DNA of 64,000 nt, taken from positions 273,651 to 337,650 of the forward strand of contig CAWBQO010000002.1 of assembly GCA_963790965.1 (NCBI GenBank). Reading direction: 5' to 3'. The stretch comes from an uncultured Bacteroidota bacterium (GTDB lineage Bacteria; Bacteroidota; Rhodothermia; Rhodothermales; DASSAV01). Below the pieces are notes generated by a model. It was not told the origin of the DNA. It saw only the letters and a program-made list of their open reading frames with translations, and searched no databases. A program made the position numbers and the translations under genes. This document shows, one piece after another, positions 31,275 to 40,267 of the stretch. Each line of letters begins with the position of its first letter. Position 1 is the first letter of the stretch.

Positions 31275-34200
31275 TTACAGCGTCAGCTGGAGCGTGAGCT
31301 GGAAGGAGCGCGTGTTGGGCGTAACCATGTGATAGAAGCCCTGCGCGTTGCCGGTACCGGCGAGGCTGCCTTCGGGATCGCCGCCGGTGAAGTCCGTGCC
31401 GATCCAGAGATTGCGGCCCGTGCCGATGATGCTCATGTTCTCCACACCGTAGCGCCGGGTGAAGGTCGACGGAAGGGTATAGCCGAGGCTAACCTCACGC
31501 AGCTTGATGAAGCTGCCGTCTTCGACGAAGTTTTCAAACACCTGTCCGAAGCGTGAGCTTTGGAAATACGCCTGGTTGGTGGGCACTTCGACGTTGTTCG
31601 CCTCCCCTTCGTTCGGAAGACCCGGTGCATTCACGCCTCCGTAATTGATCGTTCCTTCACGATTTTCGGTCTCTTTGGCGATGCCGTAGTAGGTCGTGTA
31701 GTACCGGTCGAAGTTGAGCAGGTCGCCGCCGTGACGAATGTCGAGCAGCGCGTTGACCGAAAGGCCCTTGAAGGTCACACCCGTACGGATGTTTGCGAGC
31801 CAGTCCGGCTGCACGTAGCCAAGCGCACCGTCCTCATCTGCGATGAGCGGCAGGCCGTAGTTCACGTTCGCCGCTCCGTTGGAGAGCGTCGGCCGCGAGT
31901 CGATGAGCAGCTGCCCGTTGTCGTTGCGCGCCCACTGGCTGCCCCAGATGGCCCCGTATCCGCCCGTCTCCGGCATAATGCGGATCTGCGGCGTGGTGAA
32001 GCCATAGAGGAAGATATTCTCGACGCCGGGCGCGAGTTCGACCACGTCCGTGACGTTCTTGGACCAGTTGACCTGAACGTCCCAGAAGAGGTCTCGCGTG
32101 CGGACCGGTGCCAGGCTCAGAGAGACTTCACCGCCCCGGTTACGGACTTCGCCCGCATTCAGGTTACGGCTGACGTACCCCGTCGACGGTGCGAGCGGCA
32201 CGTTAAAGATCTGGTCCTTCGTCGAGCGGTTGTAGTACGCCACGTCGAGGGAGATCCGGTTGCTGAAGAACTGCAGGTCTGCGCCTACTTCGTACTCCGT
32301 GCTCAGCTCCGGCTTGAGCGCCGGGTTGAGGAGCGTGTTGCTCGGCACAAAGCCGTTGACGCCCATGAACGGGAAGTCAATGTTGCCGCCCTGTCCGTCG
32401 CCCGGTGCCGCCTGCGTGTAGATGGTCTGGAGCTGGTACGGACTGGTGTCGCTACCGATCTGCGCCACGGAAGCCCGCAGCTTACCGAAATCCATCCACG
32501 TTCCTGTATTGATCAGTTCCGTGAACACGAGACTGACACTCGCCGACGGGTAGAAGTACGAGTTGTTGTCCTTCGGCAGCGTGGAGCTCCAGTCGTTACG
32601 GCCCGTCACCGTGAGGTAGGCGAGCTGGTCGTAATCGAGCGTCGCCTGGCCGTAGACGCTCGTCAGGCCCCGCTTGAAAATGTTCTCGTTGCCCGTGACG
32701 TTGGAGGCGTTCCCGATGTTGTAGTAACCGGGAATGCCAAGGCCGCGGCCGTTCAGGTAGTTGTACTGATTCTGGCGGCGATTGATGTTGTTGCCAAGGA
32801 CCGCGTTCAACGCAAACTTCGGCGAAAGCTGACGGTCTGCCGTGACGGTAAGATCGGAGTTGATCTCGCGGCGGCGGAACGTGTTGTCAAACACGGCACC
32901 GTCGGTCACGCCGCGGAAGCCGAGGTTGAACGTCTGCTTACGCGCGTCCGTGTACGTGTCGATACCGAGGCGCTCCGCGATGGAGAGCCAGGGAAGGATC
33001 TTGTACTGCATCTGGGCGCTACCAATGATGCGGTCGACATCGCTGCCGACGGCGCTGTTCTTGGTAAGCCAGAAGGGATTGTTGAACGAGTTGGAGTACG
33101 AGCGCTGCGTCTCGTCAGGGAACAGGTAGTTCGTGAGGTCGAACGTTATCGGCGCGAAGTTGAGGCCGTAGGTGAACGCCGCTGCACCGTTACCCTCGGA
33201 CAGGGTATTGTTCTCCGTGCGGATGTAGTTCGCCGACGCTTCTGCGCGCAGCTTGGGGCTAAGCTCGCCGGAGAACTTCGCCAGCACGCTCGTGCGCTTG
33301 AGATCCGTGGTCGGCACGATGCCCCCCTGGTCGAGGTTCGTGAACGAGAGGAAGTAGCTGTTGCCGACGCCGCCGCCGGTGACGCTCACCGACTGTTCGA
33401 GCGTATTGCCGGTCTCGTAGAACTGATCGCGGGGATCGTAGACAGGGATCGTCGTGAAACCCAGATCTTCGCGCGTGCTCGCGAATGACGGGCTGAAGTT
33501 CAGCGAATCGATGGCAGGACCCCAGGAGCTATTCGTCTGCCCGGTGACACCAAAGCCGGCGTTCGAGCGATAGCCGCCCTCGCTGGCCGGAAGGTTGTTG
33601 TAGAAGATGCCGTTCGTGCCGGCGGCGTACTTGTTCTGGTAGCCGTCGATGATGGCTTCATCCCAGCGGCCGCTGACGCGGTAGGAAACGCGGGGGCCGG
33701 CACCGGCGGTGGTCGTTCCGAGGCCGCCCTTCGTCGTGATGAGCACGGCGCCGTTGGTTGCGCGGGAGCCGTAAAGCGCCGTTGCGGCGGCACCTTTAAG
33801 GATCGTGATGTCCTGGATGATGTTCGGGTCGATGTCCACCGCGCGGTTGGACATGCCGCCCGTGCGGACGGACGTGGCGTAGAGGTTCGCGTCCTCCGCG
33901 TTGGAGATCGGAACGCCGTCTACCACGAAGAGCGGCTGGTTCTCGCCAAGGAGCGAAGAGATGCCGCGAATCTGGATGCGGGAGCCGCGTCCCGGCTGGC
34001 CTGACGAGCTTGTGATCTGAACACCTGCCACTTTACCGGCAAGGGCGTTGACCAGGTTCGATTCCGCCGCGCGGTTGACTTCGTCCGACTCGACTTCGCT
34101 GACGGAATACCCGAGGCTTCGCGTCTCGCGCTCGATGCCGAGGGCGGTCACCACGACTTCGTCGAGGTCAATGCCGCCTTCGACGAGCTGAACGCGCAGG

Positions 34201-34487
34201 TTGAGCGTTTCGCCCGGGCGAATGACGACGGGCGCGGAGTAGTCCGCATAACCCACGAAGCTAACGAGGAAGTTGTAGGATCCGGAGGGGGCAGCAAAGC
34301 TGAACCGCCCCTGTACGTCGGTGGCTGTGCCGAAGGTAGTGCCTTCGAGGGCCACGTTGGCACCCGGCAGGGCCTCTCCTTCGGGCGTGAGCACGACGCC
34401 TTCTACCAGGCCGTCCTGCGCGAAGGCGGCTCCCGGCAGGAGTATCAGGGCCAGTACCCAGATAAACCGTAGGAAGTTTGTTCTCAT
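31275..34487 (-). CDS. SusC/RagA-family TonB-dependent outer-membrane receptor
   Basis: 1070 aa. Signal peptide, carboxypeptidase-regulatory-like domain (GVVLTPEGEALPGANVALEGTTFGTATDVQGRFSF), plug (IQIRGISSLLGENQPLFVVDGVPI), long beta-barrel and terminal aromatic-rich strand. Confidence 0.95.
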   Translation of the reverse strand: MRTNFLRFIWVLALILLPGAAFAQDGLVEGVVLTPEGEALPGANVALEGTTFGTATDVQGRFSFAAPSGSYNFLVSFVGYADYSAPVVIRPGETLNLRVQLVEGGIDLDEVVVTALGIERETRSLGYSVSEVESDEVNRAAESNLVNALAGKVAGVQITSSSGQPGRGSRIQIRGISSLLGENQPLFVVDGVPISNAEDANLYATSVRTGGMSNRAVDIDPNIIQDITILKGAAATALYGSRATNGAVLITTKGGLGTTTAGAGPRVSYRVSGRWDEAIIDGYQNKYAAGTNGIFYNNLPASEGGYRSNAGFGVTGQTNSSWGPAIDSLNFSPSFASTREDLGFTTIPVYDPRDQFYETGNTLEQSVSVTGGGVGNSYFLSFTNLDQGGIVPTTDLKRTSVLAKFSGELSPKLRAEASANYIRTENNTLSEGNGAAAFTYGLNFAPITFDLTNYLFPDETQRSYSNSFNNPFWLTKNSAVGSDVDRIIGSAQMQYKILPWLSIAERLGIDTYTDARKQTFNLGFRGVTDGAVFDNTFRRREINSDLTVTADRQLSPKFALNAVLGNNINRRQNQYNYLNGRGLGIPGYYNIGNASNVTGNENIFKRGLTSVYGQATLDYDQLAYLTVTGRNDWSSTLPKDNNSYFYPSASVSLVFTELINTGTWMDFGKLRASVAQIGSDTSPYQLQTIYTQAAPGDGQGGNIDFPFMGVNGFVPSNTLLNPALKPELSTEYEVGADLQFFSNRISLDVAYYNRSTKDQIFNVPLAPSTGYVSRNLNAGEVRNRGGEVSLSLAPVRTRDLFWDVQVNWSKNVTDVVELAPGVENIFLYGFTTPQIRIMPETGGYGAIWGSQWARNDNGQLLIDSRPTLSNGAANVNYGLPLIADEDGALGYVQPDWLANIRTGVTFKGLSVNALLDIRHGGDLLNFDRYYTTYYGIAKETENREGTINYGGVNAPGLPNEGEANNVEVPTNQAYFQSSRFGQVFENFVEDGSFIKLREVSLGYTLPSTFTRRYGVENMSIIGTGRNLWIGTDFTGGDPEGSLAGTGNAQGFYHMVTPNTRSFQLTLQLTL

Positions 34488-34825
34488 GGGTTTTCCTTAA
34501 CAGTTGGTGTAGATGAACAAATAGCGGGTGATCATGAACTCTTGATCGGCGCGCTCCCGCCGCGCACCGGAGAAGTTATTGGCTTGCAGCTCCAGGGGTG
34601 AGCATGAGATCTGCAGGCGACGCTTACAGGCATCTTCTGGTATCAAAAGCTTTCTCCGTTACAAGATGCTGCAATGGCGACGGTAAAGATAACGCGAAGA
34701 TCGCACAATGCACCTACGGATTATGCGGACCGTGTGAATGTGGGGCCTGAACGGTAGGCTGACTACCTGAACCGTTCCATGACGCGATCACTCGTGTGCT
34801 GTAGGTGACGAACGCCCGCGCAGCG

Positions 34826-35518
34826 TTACAGGCCGAGCAAACGCGGAAGCTCCGGCCAGGCCGAGAAGCGCATGAACGCCTCCTCCGCGGACGCGGCAGG
34901 CTCGTCGGTGTACCACGCCGCCTGCCACCCGGCACCGAGCGCGCCCTCTACGTCGGACGCATACGAATCGCCGATGTAAAGGATGTCGGCCGGGGGCACC
35001 CCCGCCTTTTCCGCAGCATAGCCAAAGAGCGCAGGATGCGGCTTGAAGTAACCCACCAGATCGGACACGACGGTGGCCTGCAGACGGTCGCGTATTTCGG
35101 GAAACCGTTCGAGCTTCGCCGCCTGAACATCCGAAAAACCGTTCGTCAGGACACCCACGGGAAAGCGGTCCGCAACGCGGTTGAAGGCATCCAGCGCTCC
35201 CTCGAGCACCGTCCAGTGCGCCGCGTAGCGCTCCATGTAATGGGCATCAAAACGCGCCGCTTCGGCCCCGCTAACACTGAGACTGTGGATCAACTTTTCA
35301 AAGCGCAGCCTCCGGAGGTCGGCCGAGTTGATCTCGCCTAGCGCGTACTTCCGCCAGAGAGGCACGTTGTGCAGATGGTATTCCTCCTGTAACTGCTGAA
35401 CACTGAGTCCGGAGAAAAGGATCGGAAACTTGCCGTGCAGGTCCTGAAGCGCCATGCGCTCGGCGTGACGGTGGTCGAGCAGCGTGTCGTCGAGGTCGAA
35501 ATAAACGAACTGAATCAA
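34826..35518 (-). CDS. HAD-superfamily hydrolase (YjjG-like subfamily IA)
   Basis: Motif I FDLDDTLLD, motif II VLTNG, motif IV YIGDSYASDVEGA. It overlaps the upstream gene by 4 nt. Confidence 0.85.
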   Translation of the reverse strand: MIQFVYFDLDDTLLDHRHAERMALQDLHGKFPILFSGLSVQQLQEEYHLHNVPLWRKYALGEINSADLRRLRFEKLIHSLSVSGAEAARFDAHYMERYAAHWTVLEGALDAFNRVADRFPVGVLTNGFSDVQAAKLERFPEIRDRLQATVVSDLVGYFKPHPALFGYAAEKAGVPPADILYIGDSYASDVEGALGAGWQAAWYTDEPAASAEEAFMRFSAWPELPRLLGL

Positions 35519-36726
35519 AGAGCGGACGGGTCTCGGGTTGGTTGGGAGAAGCTCATCTCGAACATGGCATATTCCTTGTCCTTGACGCCGTTGATTGCGT
35601 GAAGCGAGTTGATCATGACACTGTTCACGTCCAGAATCCAGCTCATCTCCGACGCATCGTAGCCGTTCTTTGGCCCTTCCGTGATCGTGGCGAGGTTGAG
35701 CATGGCGTCGATACCACGGCCCTGATGGTCGAGCAGGACGCCCATGAGCAGCGTGCGCACTTCGTAGATACCGCCGAACTTGCTCGCGCCGAGGAGTTGA
35801 ACGAGGCCGTTCGGAACCAGCCGCCCGTTCTTCACGCGCCGCATGGCCAGGTTGATGTTCGGCAGCGAAATGGAAAAGGCGACGGGAAAGCCGTTGTCCT
35901 CGACGATGAAGACGATCTTGGGATCGACGATCTGCTTCATCTGCTTGATGAGCTGCGCGAACTCGCCGTCAGTCATGGGGACGTGGCCCCAGTTGTGCGA
36001 CCATGCGTCATTATAAATGCGCAGAATGTCCCGCGCTTCCTGGTCGAAGCGGCTCATGTCGAGCGGGCGGACGGTAAGGCCGGGATTGCGCCGCCGCACC
36101 AACTCGACGCCCCGCCGCAGCTTGTCGATCTGGACGTACTTCTTGTGGACGTAGTACGCCCACATGGTCATGGCGCGGGTGAAGCCGTACTGGAGCAAGA
36201 ACTGCTCGTAGTAGGGCGGATTGTACGGCATCAGAACGGAAGGCTCCCGGTCGAAACCGCCGACGAGCATTCCGGCCATGTCATTCATCGACGGATTCGT
36301 GGGGCCTCGGACGCCGGTAAGGCCCTGCTCCTGCAACCAGGCGCGCGCCGCGCCCAGGAGCGCCTCCGCGACGGGGTAGCTCTCGACGCACTCAAAGAAG
36401 CCGAAGAAGCCGTTTCCGTCGTTGTACTTCTTGAGGTGCATCCCATTGACGAGCGCCGCGATGCGCCCGACGACGTTCCCCTCGCCGTCCTCGGCCAGGA
36501 ACAGCTGCCTCTTGCCGTGTTCGTAAAAGGCGTTCTTCTTCGTGTCGAGCGCGTGCGCCACGTCCTGCCGTAGCTGCGGGATGAAAAACTCGCTGTCGCG
36601 GTAGAGCGCGTACTGAAAATCGATGAACCGCCGGAGGTCGCCCCTTCCCTCTGCTTTGCGCACGCGGAGTCCTGCCGGCGCGACTGCCGCCGCCGCATCC
36701 ATAGGGGCGGAAAGTGCTGTCGTCAT
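35515..36726 (-). CDS. Large GNAT-fold acyltransferase-like protein of unknown specificity
   Basis: 403 aa. FIDFQYALYRDSEFFIPQL...FLAEDGEGNVVGRIAALVN...GFFGFFECV...GVRGPTNPSMNDMAGMLVGGFDREPSVLMPYNPPYYEQ matches a family I recall being annotated only as GNAT N-acetyltransferase. It is tightly linked to the alpha-oxoamine synthase gene, 10 nt away. Confidence 0.65.
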   Translation of the reverse strand: MTTALSAPMDAAAAVAPAGLRVRKAEGRGDLRRFIDFQYALYRDSEFFIPQLRQDVAHALDTKKNAFYEHGKRQLFLAEDGEGNVVGRIAALVNGMHLKKYNDGNGFFGFFECVESYPVAEALLGAARAWLQEQGLTGVRGPTNPSMNDMAGMLVGGFDREPSVLMPYNPPYYEQFLLQYGFTRAMTMWAYYVHKKYVQIDKLRRGVELVRRRNPGLTVRPLDMSRFDQEARDILRIYNDAWSHNWGHVPMTDGEFAQLIKQMKQIVDPKIVFIVEDNGFPVAFSISLPNINLAMRRVKNGRLVPNGLVQLLGASKFGGIYEVRTLLMGVLLDHQGRGIDAMLNLATITEGPKNGYDASEMSWILDVNSVMINSLHAINGVKDKEYAMFEMSFSQPTRDPSAL

Positions 36727-36736
36727 ACGCCCACCC

Positions 36737-38032
36737 TCAAACGGCTCCGTTGGCGTGAATGACGCCGTGCTTCATCCCGACGCGCTTGAAGGCTTCGAGA
36801 ATGAAGTCCAACTCGTCATCGGTATGGGTGGCCATGTACGAGGTGCGCATGAGCGACTGCCCGGCGGGCACGGCCGGCGGAATGACGGCGTTGACGAAGA
36901 CGCCCTCGTCCAGCAAGTCCTTCCAGAACCGGAAGCACGTCATCATGTCCCCGATCACTACGGGGATGATGGGCGTCTGGCTCGTCCAAACATTGAAGCC
37001 GAGGTTCCGGAAGCCTTCGCGCATGTAGTCGGAGATCTGCCAGAGGCGCTCGAGGCGTTCGGGTTCTTCTTCTAGAATATCGAGGCACTTGAGCACCGTA
37101 GCCACGTTGGCCGGCGGCATGGACGCGGCGAAGATGTGCGCCGAAGAGCTGTGGCGGATGTACTCGATCACGTCATGCTCGCCTGCGCAAAAGCCGCCGA
37201 GCGAGGCGAAGCTCTTCGAGAACGTGCCCGTCGTGAGCGCTACGCGGTCGCCGAGGCCGAAGTACGCAGCCGACCCGCGTCCGCCGGGGCCGATCACGCC
37301 GACGGCGTGTGCGTCGTCGAGCATGAGGGCCGCATCGAACTCCTCGGCCAGATCGACCAGTTCCGGAATGCGCGCCACGACGCCGTTCATGGAGAACACG
37401 CCGTCCGTGACGATGAGCTTGCCCGCCGTGCGGCGTTCCCTGTGCGCCTTTTCCAGCAGCTTTCGCAGGTGCGCCATGTCGTTGTGGCGGTAGCGCCACG
37501 TATCGGCAAGGCTGACCTGCGTGCCGGCCACAATGCAGGCGTGGTTGTCCTTGTCCGAGAAGATGATGTCGCCCTTGCCCGCCACCGCCTGAATGACGCC
37601 CTGATTGGTCATGTAGCCGGTGGAAAAGAGGACGACCGCCTCCTTGCCCATGAACCGCGCCAGCTTCTCCTCGAGCTCAATGTGAATATCGAGCGTTCCG
37701 TTCAGGAAGCGGCTGCCCGTGCATCCGGTGCCATACTGCTGGATCGCCTTGACCGCCGCTTCCTCAACGCGCGGGTCGGAGAGCAGGCCGAGGTAGTTGT
37801 TCGACCCGGCCATGATAATCTCACGCCCGTTCATGATGGCGCGGCTGCCGTCGTTGCGCTCGATGGGGCGGAAGTACGGGTAGAGGTCGGCCGCCGTCAC
37901 GGTCTGATAGTCGCCTTCCGGCTGAAAGAACTCGTGCGCCTTGCCGAAGATGGTCGGCGACGACTGCGTCGGCGTTTGCTGCCCTTCCACGAGGTCTTCG
38001 GGTAGTCTTTCAAAAATGCTTGGTATGGTCAT
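36737..38032 (-). CDS. Serine palmitoyltransferase-like alpha-oxoamine synthase (PLP-dependent acyl-CoA:amino acid C-acyltransferase)
   Basis: GSNNYLGL, GCTGSRFLNGTLDIHIELEEKLARF, VLFSTGYMTNQG, DKDNHACI, DDAHAVG, PLP-lysine motif GTFSKSF and C-terminal VFVNAVIPPAVPAGQSLMRTSYMATHT. From memory the pattern is closer to bacterial SPT than to BioF or Kbl. Confidence 0.85.
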   Translation of the reverse strand: MTIPSIFERLPEDLVEGQQTPTQSSPTIFGKAHEFFQPEGDYQTVTAADLYPYFRPIERNDGSRAIMNGREIIMAGSNNYLGLLSDPRVEEAAVKAIQQYGTGCTGSRFLNGTLDIHIELEEKLARFMGKEAVVLFSTGYMTNQGVIQAVAGKGDIIFSDKDNHACIVAGTQVSLADTWRYRHNDMAHLRKLLEKAHRERRTAGKLIVTDGVFSMNGVVARIPELVDLAEEFDAALMLDDAHAVGVIGPGGRGSAAYFGLGDRVALTTGTFSKSFASLGGFCAGEHDVIEYIRHSSSAHIFAASMPPANVATVLKCLDILEEEPERLERLWQISDYMREGFRNLGFNVWTSQTPIIPVVIGDMMTCFRFWKDLLDEGVFVNAVIPPAVPAGQSLMRTSYMATHTDDELDFILEAFKRVGMKHGVIHANGAV

Positions 38033-38131
38033 AACGCTTAACCTCGACGTGGTGCAATCGCGCAGTCATAAAGTAACGCGCAGGCCCTCGAAAGTATATG
38101 CTAATAAAGTGTTGTGGAATCGATCTGTTTG

Positions 38132-39262
38132 TCAGGCGGCCAGTTCGGCGTTTACCTTCTGCAATGGAGGGGCGTCGTCTTGGCGCGCGTAGCCGTTGGT
38201 CCTGCTCGCGAGCATCGCTTCAATGGCATCCACGGCGTCAGCGTTGCCGCAGGCCTTTCTCCCTTGCATCCGCGCGCGGTAAAGATCGCACCGGCTCAGG
38301 AAGCCTCGCACATCGTCCGCACGCAGTGGCCGGTTGAAGACCGCTTCGCCAAGCCCCTCGCGCTCGAGGAACATGGCGTTGATCGTCTGCTCGAAAATGC
38401 CGCGGTTCGGGACCACGAGGAGCGGCTTGCCGAGAAAGAGCGACTCGCTCATGAGCGTAAAGCCGGCCGTACACACGACGGCGCGGCAGGCCGCGAGGTC
38501 GTGAAGAAAGCCTTCCACCGAGGGCGTCCGAAAAGTCAGGTTCGGATACTCTTCCGGACGCTCAGGTTCGGGAAAGTTGTAGACGACGAAGGGCGCATCC
38601 ACCTGCCGAAGGGCGTCGAGCACGAAATCTGCTCCCTCGGTCTGATTGTAATACACCAGCACGCGATCGCCTTCTGAGGGCGCAAGCTGCTGCACGACGG
38701 GGCGGATGATCGGCGGGACGAGCGTTGCGCGATCCGGATGGAGGAGCGGCGGGAAGAAGAAAGACGTCATCAGGATGTGCTCCGGCTTTTTGGGAGCAAT
38801 CAGCCCGATGGCGAGCTTCGTCACTGCAGCCGCAGGGCGGTCCCGCATCGGAAGGTGGTACCGCGTCTCCGTGACGACCTGCTGATGGTTAAACGAGACT
38901 ACGGGCAGGCCTATCTTCTTCGCCGCCCTGGGCGAGAACGCTTCAAAGTCCGTGATGAGCAGGTCGGCCCGCTCGGCTCTGAACCGCTCCGCGAGATCCG
39001 AGACGATCCTCGGTATAGAGACGATATGCTTGAGGTTGCACAGGAGCGTGCGTCCGTGTTGAACCTCGTTGCCGCGCATCACCTGCCGGAGCGCCGGCAC
39101 GGGCAGAACGCGCTCGCCGCGCGACTCCATAATGTCCCGTGCCGTTCCGCCGCAGCACAGGAGCACCTCATGCCCGCGCTCACGCAGCGTGGCAGAAATG
39201 GCCATCACCCTCGAGGTATGCCCACGCCCTTGTCCGCTAAGTGCATAGATAATTTTCGACAT
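38132..39262 (-). CDS. GT-B fold glycosyltransferase (MJ1255 / UDP-glycosyltransferase-like)
   Basis: The ORF is trimmed to MSKIIYALSGQGRGHTSRVMAISATLRERGHEV, the typical N-terminal G-rich loop of this family. The C-terminal half reads VCTAGFTLMSESLFLGKPLLVVP. Confidence 0.8.
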   Translation of the reverse strand: MSKIIYALSGQGRGHTSRVMAISATLRERGHEVLLCCGGTARDIMESRGERVLPVPALRQVMRGNEVQHGRTLLCNLKHIVSIPRIVSDLAERFRAERADLLITDFEAFSPRAAKKIGLPVVSFNHQQVVTETRYHLPMRDRPAAAVTKLAIGLIAPKKPEHILMTSFFFPPLLHPDRATLVPPIIRPVVQQLAPSEGDRVLVYYNQTEGADFVLDALRQVDAPFVVYNFPEPERPEEYPNLTFRTPSVEGFLHDLAACRAVVCTAGFTLMSESLFLGKPLLVVPNRGIFEQTINAMFLEREGLGEAVFNRPLRADDVRGFLSRCDLYRARMQGRKACGNADAVDAIEAMLASRTNGYARQDDAPPLQKVNAELAA

Positions 39263-39548
39263 AGGGCAAGGGAACGCATCGGGGGCTTCATAAACAGGGG
39301 CGAACCGCCCTCCGGATGCTACGCGATCTATAAAAAAGCAGGAGGCGCGCCGGCATCGGCCGAAGGCGCTCAAGAAGACCAGAAAGACTTTAAGACTGCA
39401 GACCGTTGACGCGCAATGCCGATCCACGGCAGCGAGACGGCGGCTGTAACGTGTTACGAATGCCAAAGGTTGCGACGCGCGCTCCCGGCTGCCCCTCCGG
39501 CATTGCACATGTACCGCTTCCTCTTGAGAGCTATAGACCGCCGGCAAG

Positions 39549-40262
39549 CTACAGAGACCATCTCACGGCGAGCGCAGCGCCGCGAGGCACCGGCCGCAGC
39601 GAAACCGTCAGATCCTCCCCCACGTCAAAATCGAGCAGGTGAGCGCTCACGTAAGCGTCGAGCACGGTAAGGCCATAGAATAAGCCGACGCCAAGGTAGG
39701 AAAGGTCACGGTTGCGCCGAAATATATCCCGTTGATCGCGCAGAGAGCGGCCGACTTCAGCACCGCGCGCCTTCTGCCGCTCGACACATCCCGCGTCGCC
39801 GTTGCAGATCAGCGACAGCGCCTCGTCGTACTCTGCCCCGTACGCCTCCCGGTACTGAGGCGGACGCTTCTCATCCGCCACGTCCTTATAAGTCGCATAT
39901 AGAGCGGCCCGCCGGAAGATGAGGTAGTCGTGGTTGCTTCGATAGGCGAGGAATCCGATGCCGCCAAGCCCCGCATACACGAATGGCAACTTGTAGTACT
40001 GCCGGTTATAAACTTGCCCCCACCCGGGTATCACCGCCGCGCGGCGCAAGGCGGTAGCGGGCGAATGCGGGGAGGGCGGCACGTCGATCACCTCGATGCC
40101 GTCGCCAGCACGCTCCGGACCCGGAATGTCTCCGAGGGGAATGACCGTAGCGGCCGAATCGGCCGTCTGCGCTACGGCAGCGGGCGTCCCGACGCAGAGC
40201 AGAAGCACAGCCGTCGCAAAGACGAAGCGCCTCAAGGTGGACGGCGCGTGGGCGCTCCTCAA
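39549..40262 (-). CDS. DUF5683-like membrane protein (conserved partner downstream of parB in Bacteroidota)
   Basis: It has a signal/TM segment, the motif AAVIPGWGQVYNRQYYKLPFVYAGLGG and a C-terminal GVGLFYGLTVLDAYVSAHL. It lies 5 nt downstream of parB. Confidence 0.75.
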   Translation of the reverse strand: MRSAHAPSTLRRFVFATAVLLLCVGTPAAVAQTADSAATVIPLGDIPGPERAGDGIEVIDVPPSPHSPATALRRAAVIPGWGQVYNRQYYKLPFVYAGLGGIGFLAYRSNHDYLIFRRAALYATYKDVADEKRPPQYREAYGAEYDEALSLICNGDAGCVERQKARGAEVGRSLRDQRDIFRRNRDLSYLGVGLFYGLTVLDAYVSAHLLDFDVGEDLTVSLRPVPRGAALAVRWSL

Positions 40263-40267
40263 ACCAC

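Noticed and set aside
31560-33488. 642-aa ORF antisense to the SusC-like gene
   Set aside because: This is a shadow frame of a well-supported TonB-dependent receptor gene, and I recognised no motifs in it.
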